NCBI GenBank assembly: GCA_038102935.1
Contig: JAYNYG010000006.1
Span: forward strand, 38,748 to 102,747
Direction of reading: 5' to 3'
Length of the DNA: 64,000 nucleotides
Source of the DNA: Alphaproteobacteria bacterium
Lineage (GTDB): Bacteria > Pseudomonadota > Alphaproteobacteria > Bin95
Part shown: piece after piece, positions 38,126-46,514 of the stretch
How the letters are laid out: the number at the start of each line of letters is the position of its first letter
Position numbering within the stretch: the stretch's first letter is position 1
The notes under the pieces: model-generated
Seen by the model: the letters and a program-made list of their open reading frames with translations, nothing else
The model's database searches: none
What the model was told of the DNA's origin: nothing
Made by a program: the position numbers and the translations under genes

Positions 38126-41050
38126 CTAAGCCGCCCGAACCCGGCAGAGCAGCGATTTCAAGTTCGTTTGCTCAGAGATCGGGCAGCGTTGATGTTTATC
38201 CGTCAGGTCATTGACGGGCCGCCAAGGATTGAATGGCTGCCGTTCGCCCCAGCCAATGGGCATGAAGATCGCGCGTTCGCGGATACCGTTCGTGATCCAG
38301 GCGCGAGCGTCCGCTTCGCCGTGGGCGGTCTCGACGGTTACGCGAGCGCCATCGGTGATGCCAAGGCGTTTGGCGGTTGAAGGATGCATCTGGGCATAGA
38401 GGTCCGGCCACATTTCCTGGGCCTGCCAGGAGTAATGCGTCCAGGAATGGAAATGAGGAGCGGGCGCGCGGCCTGTCACCAATTCCATGTCAAAGCCTTG
38501 GGCGCGGAGGTCTGCCGCGGGTTGTGCGTCTTCCGGCGGAATGATCCGCGCGCGGGAGGCATAGGCGGCGCCGTTCAGGAATGGGCTTTTAATGCCTTCC
38601 GTCCAATCGGGGTCCAGCATTTCCAGATGCGCCATGTCGAACAGGCTTTCCCTCTCGCTGTAGAATTCCGGCAGCGCTGACAGGCCGTAGCCCTTGAACT
38701 TGGCGTCCATTTCTTCAGTGAAGAATTCTAGCTTGCCGCTCTGGGAAGGGAAACGGTGGCCTTCCGGCTTGCCGGGGGCGGTGGAGCCTTCCAGGTAAAG
38801 CGTGTTCAGCTCTTCCGCTTCCTCTGACGCGACCGGGAAGCGAACCCAACGATAGGGCCTGGAATGCAGGCGCTTTTGAGTGACGCCGCGCATCTGGACA
38901 TGGTCGATCATCGCTTCATCCCAGAAGCGCGATGAGTCTTTCCATTGCTCTTTCATCACATCGCCGTAGCCGAACCGCTTGCCAAGTTCGATCCAAATCC
39001 AACCGTCCGGTTTAGCGACGCCTGGCGGATCGATCATTTTGTCGATCCACACAACGCGTCGGTCTTCACAGGCGCGTCCAACTTCGCCTTTCTCGATGCC
39101 TGTAGCGGCGGGCAGTACGTAATCAGCGTAAGCGCTGGTTTCATTCGGGAAGATGTCGATATGGACCAGCAGGTCGAGCGCATTGATGCCGTCGCGGGTT
39201 TCGGCTTGGTCCGGCCAGAGCGACATCGGGTTGTTACAGGCGATCAAGGCCTTGAGCGCATATGGTTGGGCAGTGCGCATCGCGTCGACCCACCCGGTTG
39301 GACTTGTGCGGACGCGGGGTTTGTTCAGCGGTGCGATCCTGTCCGCTGGTGCGTTGGCTTCGGCGGGAACGGATGCTGACATGTTGAAGTAGGCCCCGCC
39401 GCGCCGACCCCAATTCCCTGTGATCGCCGCCACAAACATAATGGCACGGTTGGACTGCACCGAGTTCACATGCTGGTTGATGCCACGGCTGCCGAAGATA
39501 ACGCAGCCATCGGCTTGCGCGATTTCTTCCGCCAGGCCCTTGATCGCTTCAACGGAAAGGTCGGTGATGGGGGCGGCCCACTCCGGCGTGTAGCCCATGA
39601 CGCTGATGAAATCGCGCCATTCTTTCCAGCCTGTCACCCAGTTTTCGCAGAAATCAGAATCATGTAAATTTTCGGCAAATATGTGCTGGGCGATGGCCAG
39701 CGACAGCGCCATGTCGCCGCCTGGGCGGATGGGCAAATGCAGATCCGATTTAGACGCCGTGACCGTCATCCTCGGATCAATCGTTATCATCCGCGCGCGG
39801 TTTTTGAGCCGCCAATCGTTGATCATGCCGAAATGGACAGGCCGCGTTTCCGCCTGATTGTCGCCCAAGTAGATGTAGAGTTCGGCTGAACCCAGGTCTT
39901 CCTCAGTATAGCTATTGCCGCTGCCACCAGCGCCCTGGATCATGTTGTATGCGACGTTTTTACCGAAGGAGCAGTACGGCTCCGTCGTTTCAAAGTTCGG
40001 CGTGCCCCAAAGCTGGCGGAACAGGCGGATATAGCCCTTGTTCGTCAGCGTGCCGGTGCGTGTTCCAGAGAAAATGGCCAGTGCTTCCGGCCCAAAATCT
40101 TCGCGGATGGCGCTCAGCTTCTCGGCGATCTCGTCCAGCGCCTGATCCCAGGAGATCGGCTCAAACACATTCTCGCCGCGCTTACCGACGCGTTTTAGCG
40201 GTTGGGTCAGGCGTTCCTTGGAATTGTAGAGCTGCAACGAGAATTGCGACTTCGGGCAAACCCGACCTTCCAGCATCGGGTCCGCTTCGTTGCCCGTTAC
40301 TCTTACGAGCTTATCGCCCTTGAAATGGAAGTTCGTAGTGCAGCAATTGAAGCAAATATTGCAACCGCCTGGCTCGACCCTGTCCGCCAAGCGTTCTTCG
40401 CGGGGCAGGCCAAAGGGGAAGGCCGTCGCGGTCTCTGGATCAGGTCTGCCATCGTCCGAAACGGCTGGCGTGGACTGCTCGAATACATCAAAGGCAGAAG
40501 CGTCGCGGATGATCCGGTCGAGGTAGATCGTTGCAGGCGCCAAAAGGTAGGGATCATTGTCGACGGCTTTCCGTCCTTCGGCTTCTGCCCCCGCCAGCAT
40601 CTCATCACGTTCACCGAACGTAATCGCCTTGCCAGGGCATACACTGGCGCAAGCGGTTGTGGCCGCACCGTCAGCCCTCCGATCCTGGCAGAGATCGCAT
40701 TTCACGGCATGATGGCCGCCAGCGTCATAGCCCATGGCGCCATAAGGGCAGGCGGCGACGCACTCGCCGCAACCAACGCAGCTTTCCTCCATTACGGAGA
40801 CGATGCCGGTTTCAAGGTCTTTGCGGATGGCTTTGGGCTCAACCGGGCAGGCGCGGAGACAGGCCGGGCGTTCGCAGTGTTGGCAGGCGAGCTTTAGGAA
40901 ATCGAGCGTCGGGCCATTGTCGCCACCGAGCCATACGACGCGGTTACGGCGTTCGCCAGGGCCAAGGCCGTGCTCTGCCTTGCATGCCGCCTCGCAGCTC
41001 TTGCAGCCAATGCAGCGTTCCAAATCGATCATCAATGCGAGACGGGACAT
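38126..41050 (-). CDS. Fused 4x[4Fe-4S] ferredoxin (DmsB/PsrB-like) + bis-PGD molybdopterin oxidoreductase
   Basis: 974 aa; N-terminal 16-Cys ferredoxin (CIGCKSCEAAC, CQHC..C..CP, CVGCGECVAACP, KCDLC..C..CP); FS0 C230-x2-C233-x3-C237-x27-C265 with K267; GTPNFETTEPYC(360)SFGK; C-terminal Molydop_binding region; no Tat signal. Confidence 0.92.
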   Translation of the reverse strand: MSRLALMIDLERCIGCKSCEAACKAEHGLGPGERRNRVVWLGGDNGPTLDFLKLACQHCERPACLRACPVEPKAIRKDLETGIVSVMEESCVGCGECVAACPYGAMGYDAGGHHAVKCDLCQDRRADGAATTACASVCPGKAITFGERDEMLAGAEAEGRKAVDNDPYLLAPATIYLDRIIRDASAFDVFEQSTPAVSDDGRPDPETATAFPFGLPREERLADRVEPGGCNICFNCCTTNFHFKGDKLVRVTGNEADPMLEGRVCPKSQFSLQLYNSKERLTQPLKRVGKRGENVFEPISWDQALDEIAEKLSAIREDFGPEALAIFSGTRTGTLTNKGYIRLFRQLWGTPNFETTEPYCSFGKNVAYNMIQGAGGSGNSYTEEDLGSAELYIYLGDNQAETRPVHFGMINDWRLKNRARMITIDPRMTVTASKSDLHLPIRPGGDMALSLAIAQHIFAENLHDSDFCENWVTGWKEWRDFISVMGYTPEWAAPITDLSVEAIKGLAEEIAQADGCVIFGSRGINQHVNSVQSNRAIMFVAAITGNWGRRGGAYFNMSASVPAEANAPADRIAPLNKPRVRTSPTGWVDAMRTAQPYALKALIACNNPMSLWPDQAETRDGINALDLLVHIDIFPNETSAYADYVLPAATGIEKGEVGRACEDRRVVWIDKMIDPPGVAKPDGWIWIELGKRFGYGDVMKEQWKDSSRFWDEAMIDHVQMRGVTQKRLHSRPYRWVRFPVASEEAEELNTLYLEGSTAPGKPEGHRFPSQSGKLEFFTEEMDAKFKGYGLSALPEFYSERESLFDMAHLEMLDPDWTEGIKSPFLNGAAYASRARIIPPEDAQPAADLRAQGFDMELVTGRAPAPHFHSWTHYSWQAQEMWPDLYAQMHPSTAKRLGITDGARVTVETAHGEADARAWITNGIRERAIFMPIGWGERQPFNPWRPVNDLTDKHQRCPISEQTNLKSLLCRVRAA

Positions 41051-41056
41051 GACGCT

Positions 41057-41854
41057 CTAAAAATCCCAAGCTGCGAAATGGAGCCAGTAAATATCGCCGC
41101 CGTCAGAGGCATATCCAGCAAACACCATGACGATAACGATATGCGCGAACAGGCCCCCGACGAACGCCAATGCCGCCAGCCGGTGCAGCAAGCGCCAGCG
41201 GGCTTGGATGGGAGGAAGCGCCGCTGCAGCGCCAACGATATGGCTCTCTTCTGCGGCAAGGCGCACATACTGCAACGTTAGCATCGGCGTTCGCAGCCAA
41301 TGGCGGAATTGCGGCGAGAACAGCGCCTCGCTCGCATCCGGGGCAAGCCGTTCGAGTAGGGCATGTTTTTGCGAGATCAGTTCCGCCAGCTTCGCCCGTG
41401 TCGCGGGGTCTGGCTTTGCGAACCCAGCCCGCTTCTGGCCAAATGTTTGGGCCATCATCCTCGCGCCCTGAATGCGGGACCAGACGCCGAGACCGATAAG
41501 CAGAAGCAGCAGCGCGAACAGCAGCGCAGGCGGTTTCATAATTCCACTTGCGCCATGGGCGAACACCAGTCCCGTGCCAATGCTCGCCAGCCAGACATGT
41601 GACTTGAACCCAGCTTTGCCAGGCTTGCCCCGCCGCTTTGCAAGCACGGCCACAAATGATCCCAACAGCAAGACAGCGCCTATAGCGGCGGCGGCCTGCA
41701 GCAATGGTCCGCCTGCCAGACCCCATATACCGTTCAAACTGGTCACCAGAATGAGCGTGAATACGCTGGCCGAAAGTATGCAGGCGAGAATTGTAATAAG
41801 GGCGCGATTTGAGAGATCAGCCGGAGTGTTGGTATTGGTCGATTTGGCTCTCAC
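41057..41854 (-). CDS. 5-TM membrane protein, putative di-heme cytochrome b (ferric reductase/MsrQ-like)
   Basis: 265 aa, GTG start overlapping the tauD stop (GTGA); H86-x13-H100 in TM3 and H224-x13-H238 in TM5. Confidence 0.7.
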   Translation of the reverse strand: MRAKSTNTNTPADLSNRALITILACILSASVFTLILVTSLNGIWGLAGGPLLQAAAAIGAVLLLGSFVAVLAKRRGKPGKAGFKSHVWLASIGTGLVFAHGASGIMKPPALLFALLLLLIGLGVWSRIQGARMMAQTFGQKRAGFAKPDPATRAKLAELISQKHALLERLAPDASEALFSPQFRHWLRTPMLTLQYVRLAAEESHIVGAAAALPPIQARWRLLHRLAALAFVGGLFAHIVIVMVFAGYASDGGDIYWLHFAAWDF

Positions 41855-42684
41855 CGGGGCGTATCGCCCTTTAGCGTCACGCGGTGCATGCGCCGGCGCT
41901 TGCCTGGATAGTCATTCACCGCGAAATGCTGTGTGGTACGGTTATCCCATACGGCGACAGCGCCAGCGCTCCAGCGGAACCGGCAGGTAAATTCTGGCCG
42001 CGTGATGTGATCACAAAGAAAATCGATCAGTGGCTTGCTCTCAGCATCCGTCCAACCTTCGAACCGCGCTGTATGGGACCGGTTCAGGTAAAGCGATTTT
42101 CCGCCGGTTTCAGGGTGGGTGCGAACGATGGGATGGCTGTTGATATGCGTTTTGGCGGCCTCATCCGTTTCCTTCATGCCATCCAGCTTCGCCATGGCCG
42201 CAGCCCTGCCGCCTGCATAGCCATGGTCTGAACTGTTGACGCCACGAACGCCCGCGAGCATCGCCTTCATTCCATCTGATAGCGCTTCATAGGCAGCGCC
42301 CGCATTGGCGAACAGCGTGTCGCCGCCTGCTTGTGGCGTTTCCAACGCATAGAGGATGGTGCCAAGTGCAGGTTGCGCCATGTAGCTGGTGTCGGAATGC
42401 CAGCTTCCGCCAAAGTTTTTGGCGTCGCTTTCCTCTTTCAGAATCTCAATAACTTCCGGCGTACCCGGCAAGCCTGCGATGAAGGGGTAGATATCCGGTT
42501 CACCGAACATTCCCGCCAGCCGGACTTGATCTTTTGGCGCCAGGTTCTGGTCGCGGAAAAAGATAACCTTGTGCTCAAGGAAGGCGTCATGCACAGCCAT
42601 CGCATCGCTGTTGGTGAGTTCCTGGCTTAGATCGATGCCAGAAATCTCTGCACCCAATGCGCCCGCTATCGGCTCTATATGCAT
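41851..42684 (-). CDS. TauD/TfdA family dioxygenase
   Basis: 277 aa; LGAEISGIDL, HKVIFFRDQ, WHSD, GGDT, HPIVRTHPETG, WDNRTTQHFA. Confidence 0.94.
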   Translation of the reverse strand: MHIEPIAGALGAEISGIDLSQELTNSDAMAVHDAFLEHKVIFFRDQNLAPKDQVRLAGMFGEPDIYPFIAGLPGTPEVIEILKEESDAKNFGGSWHSDTSYMAQPALGTILYALETPQAGGDTLFANAGAAYEALSDGMKAMLAGVRGVNSSDHGYAGGRAAAMAKLDGMKETDEAAKTHINSHPIVRTHPETGGKSLYLNRSHTARFEGWTDAESKPLIDFLCDHITRPEFTCRFRWSAGAVAVWDNRTTQHFAVNDYPGKRRRMHRVTLKGDTPR

Positions 42685-42702
42685 GACATTCGGCTCCGAC
42701 TT

Positions 42703-43254
42703 TTAGCGGCGATTCGCTTCTTCGAAGAGCGCCAAATTCTTGTCCACGTCATACGTCTGCTCGGTTAGGTTTTCTGGGTCCCATTCAGAGCGGTGCTCGG
42801 CAAAGAAATCACCGCCATACACGTGAATGGCTCCGGTCAGCCGGTTCAATGGATTGGTGACGGAATGAATGATGTCTGCGCCGAGCGGCGTGACATCGCC
42901 AGCGCCCATGGATTTGGCGCCCGCCGCTTCCAACCCGCAATCCCCGTCTTCAATGCGCCGCCAGAAAATATTGTCTTCGCGGCCCGTATAGATACCGATC
43001 ACCGCCCACATATTATGATTATGCGGCATCAACGTCATGCGCTTGCCCCAAATCAGGTTCAGAATTGTCAGGTCCGGGCGGTGGCAAAGTTTGTTGACCC
43101 CAGCCGCGACGGGCTCACCGATCGTGTTGATCAGCGCCGTCGGGTCAGAAACTGCCCGCTCGACGATAGGGCGGACGGTCTTGTGGGTTGGGTCAGCTTT
43201 GACGGCGGCGGCGCAATCGTCAATGAAGCGGTCCAGATCAAACATTCGGGACAT
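42703..43254 (-). CDS. Cysteine/thiol dioxygenase-like cupin
   Basis: 183 aa; P-H78-N-H80...I-H130-SV.N (3-His triad) and AI-H144-V-Y146-GG outer-sphere motif as in CDO/MDO; true start may be 43245. Confidence 0.78.
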   Translation of the reverse strand: MSRMFDLDRFIDDCAAAVKADPTHKTVRPIVERAVSDPTALINTIGEPVAAGVNKLCHRPDLTILNLIWGKRMTLMPHNHNMWAVIGIYTGREDNIFWRRIEDGDCGLEAAGAKSMGAGDVTPLGADIIHSVTNPLNRLTGAIHVYGGDFFAEHRSEWDPENLTEQTYDVDKNLALFEEANRR

Positions 43255-43297
43255 CCTTTCAGGCGGAGCGGGATTATGTGGAATAAAAGTCTCACAG

Positions 43298-43315
43298 TTG
43301 ACTGATATCCGTCAA
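43298..43315. promoter_or_regulatory. Inverted repeat TTGAC-N8-GTCAA upstream of the cupin-tauD-cytb-Mo operon (candidate operator or -35)
   Basis: TTGACTGATATCCGTCAA in the 86-bp alkA-cupin gap; on the minus strand it also reads TTGACG. Confidence 0.35.
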
Positions 43316-43340
43316 TTCGTCCGCGCCTGAAACTAATTCA

Positions 43341-43991
43341 TCATTGCGGCATGGTGCGATAATAGTTCCAGAGCAGTATCGCTGCTGCACCCCGCCACGG
43401 TCGCCATTCATCTGCGATCAAAGAGGCTTCCTTGAAGCTCGGCTTCTCGGCCAAACCACGGATGCGCCCCGCCGCCGCGACGAGCGCGATATCGGCTGCT
43501 GGCCAAACATCGGGCCGACCGAGGGCAAAGATCAAATAGACTTCCGCCGTCCAGCGCCCAATGCCACGCAGGGCCGTCAGTGTTTCGATCGCATCTTCAT
43601 CCGGCATCCGCGCGATGGCGTCAAAATTTAGGGCGCCCGAGACTTCGGCTTCCGCGAGGCCTATCGCGTATTCGGTCTTTCGGCCTGAGAATCCGATTGA
43701 CCGGGCGCCATCATAGCCAAGCTCCAAGAATGCGGGCGCGGTTACGGGCGCGCCCGTCTTGGCTTCTATCCGCCCCCATACTGTACGCGCTGCAGCGGCT
43801 GAAATTTGCTGCGCGCACACGGCCCGCAGCAATGTCGGAAACCCAGGGTCCCGCAGTGCAATTGGCGGCACGCCTGCTTCATTGATGATTGCCGCCATGC
43901 CAGGGTCCCGTGCGGCTAGTTCCCGCACGCCTTTGCGGAAGCGACGAACGGCGCCTTCAGGCGAAATGGCTCTAACGGTCTTTTGCGGCAT
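43341..43991 (-). CDS. alkA: DNA-3-methyladenine glycosylase II family (AlkA-like)
   Basis: 216 aa; QQIS, HhH LRGIGRWTAE, GRPDVWPAAD, WRPWRG. Confidence 0.88.
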   Translation of the reverse strand: MPQKTVRAISPEGAVRRFRKGVRELAARDPGMAAIINEAGVPPIALRDPGFPTLLRAVCAQQISAAAARTVWGRIEAKTGAPVTAPAFLELGYDGARSIGFSGRKTEYAIGLAEAEVSGALNFDAIARMPDEDAIETLTALRGIGRWTAEVYLIFALGRPDVWPAADIALVAAAGRIRGLAEKPSFKEASLIADEWRPWRGAAAILLWNYYRTMPQ

Positions 43992-45042
43992 GGGCCTGAG
44001 TTTGACCCCGAAATACCCAAACCGTCCACACCGCGCTCAGAAAAAGCAGGAGTGCTACGGCCTGATGCAGCGCTGCAAGCGGTATCCAGACCACTGTCAG
44101 AAGCGTCGCAATGCCAAGCATGACCTGAATAATCACCAACAAAGCCATGACGCTGGGTGCGCTGCGCTGCCCACTATCGGCAGGGAGGCTTCGGGCGCGC
44201 AGCCAGAGTGCGATGATAAGCAGACTCGTCAGAATGGCGGCCCAACGGTGATGAAACTGAATCGCGCCAATGCTCTCCAGCCCATTCCGCCACCATGGAC
44301 TGAGCGCAGAATAGTCCGGCGGTAATAAGCGCCCATCCATGAGCGGAAATGTATTGTAGATCATCCCAGCATTGGTCCCGGCGACAAATGCGCCAAGAAT
44401 GATGACGACGAAGAGGACGACCAGAACGCCCCATCCCAGTTTTCGCATCCCGATGGGTGCTGCGATTTGCGGGCGAGGGAGCAAGAAGTCGAGAGCCGTC
44501 CAAACCAGCGCGCCCGCGATCACAAAGGCCATGCCAAGATGGATTGCCAGACGGAAATGACTAACGTCTGGCCTGTCTACCAACCCCGACTTGACCATCC
44601 ACCAACCAATAACGCCTTGGCTGCCCCCGAGCGCCAAAAGCATAAGCATTCGGCCTCTCAGTGCGCGCGGAATCCATCCCTTTATCCAGAAGAACGCTAG
44701 AGGCGCTGCATATGCGAGGCCGATAATCCGGCCCCAGAATCGGTGGACATACTCCCACCAAAAGATCGCCTTGAACTCAGCTAGGGACATCCCGCTGTTG
44801 ATTTTTTGGTATTCGGGCGATGTTTGGTACAGGGCGAAAACGCGCGCCCATTCCTGATCGCTGAAGGGCGGGAGCGTACCAATCAATGGCCGCCACTCGA
44901 CCATCGACAGACCGGATTCGGTGAGCCGCGTGACGCCGCCGATCACTGTCATCGCGCCGACCATCGCCGCCACGATGAGCAGCCATATCCCGATCGTGCG
45001 TGCATGTGGCGTTAGATGCAGTTGGAGCGTTTGCTTGTTCAT
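43972..45042 (-). CDS. ctaA: Heme A synthase (Cox15/CtaA)
   Basis: 356 aa; GGVTRLTESGLS, WWEYVHRFWGR, HFRLAIH, QFHHR, LHQ. Confidence 0.95.
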   Translation of the reverse strand: MNKQTLQLHLTPHARTIGIWLLIVAAMVGAMTVIGGVTRLTESGLSMVEWRPLIGTLPPFSDQEWARVFALYQTSPEYQKINSGMSLAEFKAIFWWEYVHRFWGRIIGLAYAAPLAFFWIKGWIPRALRGRMLMLLALGGSQGVIGWWMVKSGLVDRPDVSHFRLAIHLGMAFVIAGALVWTALDFLLPRPQIAAPIGMRKLGWGVLVVLFVVIILGAFVAGTNAGMIYNTFPLMDGRLLPPDYSALSPWWRNGLESIGAIQFHHRWAAILTSLLIIALWLRARSLPADSGQRSAPSVMALLVIIQVMLGIATLLTVVWIPLAALHQAVALLLFLSAVWTVWVFRGQTQAHAAKDR

Positions 45043-45154
45043 ATTGCTGAGATAGCGCTAACACGCCGCCCCGCCGACGCGTCCCGTCGCCGCAAGCAAT
45101 GGAGGCTGCTATGATATTCGGAGTGTGGCGGCGAAGATCAGGTAAACGAACGGC

Positions 45155-45814
45155 ATGGCGGGTTTTGAGGACATAAAACGGCGCATAAAGCGACCATTTT
45201 CGTTGGCGCTAGGTCGATGGCGGCCCGCTGCGCTTCGCCTTCAGGGCAATCGTGTCAGTCTTGGACGAGGTGGGCAGCGGCTCAAGTTCCTATCTCGCGT
45301 GTTCTTTCACCGGAATGCTCATGGCAACACCGTCCTTTGCGGCCAGGGCGTAATGCTGAAACGGATGCGCATCCATATTCATGGGAAAGGCAATCGCTTG
45401 GAGATTGGCGATAACGTCAAGCTTTCAGGCGTGATTTCCATCTTCGGCCATGGCGTCACCGTGCGAATTGGCGATAATTTTGACGCCAAGGACTGCAAAT
45501 TGGTCGCTTGGGACGCGAATGTGACGATTGGGCGGGATTGTTTGTTCGCCTCTGATATCGAGATCCGCTCTGGCGACATTCATAGAATCGAGGACCAGGC
45601 GACAGGCGAACATCTGAACCAGGCGCAGCCGATTGTGCTGAGCGACAGGGTATGGGTCGGTAGCCATGTTTCGATTTTGAAGGGCGCCAAAATCCCACCG
45701 GATAGCGTCATCGCCACCCGGTCCGTGGTGACGCGAAAATTCCATCAACCGGGGCTGCTGTTAGGCGGCGCCCCAGCAAATGTCCTCCGCGAGGGGATAC
45801 GTTGGCGGCGGTAA
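45155..45814 (+). CDS. Hexapeptide-repeat acyltransferase (left-handed beta-helix)
   Basis: 219 aa; VTIGRDCLFA, RSGDIH, PIVLSDRVWVG, ILKGAKI, GGAPA. Confidence 0.85.
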   Translation: MAGFEDIKRRIKRPFSLALGRWRPAALRLQGNRVSLGRGGQRLKFLSRVFFHRNAHGNTVLCGQGVMLKRMRIHIHGKGNRLEIGDNVKLSGVISIFGHGVTVRIGDNFDAKDCKLVAWDANVTIGRDCLFASDIEIRSGDIHRIEDQATGEHLNQAQPIVLSDRVWVGSHVSILKGAKIPPDSVIATRSVVTRKFHQPGLLLGGAPANVLREGIRWRR

Positions 45815-45820
45815 AAGATT

Positions 45821-46375
45821 TTATATCTTTTTTGCCTGCTTCAATGGGTTATCAATCAATCCTTCAGGCTCTATATCAACTTGCATGTTTTCTAAGAACC
45901 CGGCGATCATGTTGTAAAAGCCAATCACAAGCAGCAGTTCAGATATTTCCCGATGGCTGAATGCCGCTTCCATCTGGGCAAAGGTATCATCGGAAACCCG
46001 AACATTTGCGATCACTTCATCCGTTACACGGATCGCCAGTTTCTCTCGCTCCGTGAAGACATCAGACGCATCGCCCTCTGGCACGGCTTCTATTTGGGCG
46101 TCGGTCATCCCGCAGTCCCGGCCAACGATCTTGTGTTGATGCACTTCATAGCTGGAACCGGTGACATGGCCGACGCGGAGGATCACGATCTCCCGCAGCA
46201 CGGGGTCTAGCATGCCCTTAAACAGAAGCGCATTGCCAAGCCGCATGAAGGGTCGCACGGCAGATTCTGCATGCGCCATCATATGGAATACGTTCACCAT
46301 CGGATCGATGCGTCGCATGAAGGCGCCGATCTCAGGATCAATGGCGTCGAGGTCAGGGTAGGGGATGCGGGCCAT
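45821..46375 (-). CDS. Carboxymuconolactone decarboxylase (CMD) family protein
   Basis: 184 aa; MARIPY, LREIVILRVG, YEVHQH, ELLLVIGFYNM. Confidence 0.85.
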   Translation of the reverse strand: MARIPYPDLDAIDPEIGAFMRRIDPMVNVFHMMAHAESAVRPFMRLGNALLFKGMLDPVLREIVILRVGHVTGSSYEVHQHKIVGRDCGMTDAQIEAVPEGDASDVFTEREKLAIRVTDEVIANVRVSDDTFAQMEAAFSHREISELLLVIGFYNMIAGFLENMQVDIEPEGLIDNPLKQAKKI

Positions 46376-46514
46376 ATTGGCGTCCTTCAGCTTTGCGTTT
46401 TGCGCACAGGATGAAGTCTGAATTGTCTATTCTAACGTTAAGCGATGCAATCTATCTTTCATTCATCGGCTTCAGGAGAGCGTTTCCCAGCCAACTGAAC
46501 AAGGAATTCATACC

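Noticed and set aside
38126-41050. Calling the Mo enzyme dmsA, fdh, napA, narG or soeA outright
   Set aside because: The ligand loop has Cys in a Psr/Phs-like context (not Ser or Asp, and not the Fdh or Nap motifs); no Tat signal, no NrfD/DmsC anchor, and the B subunit is fused
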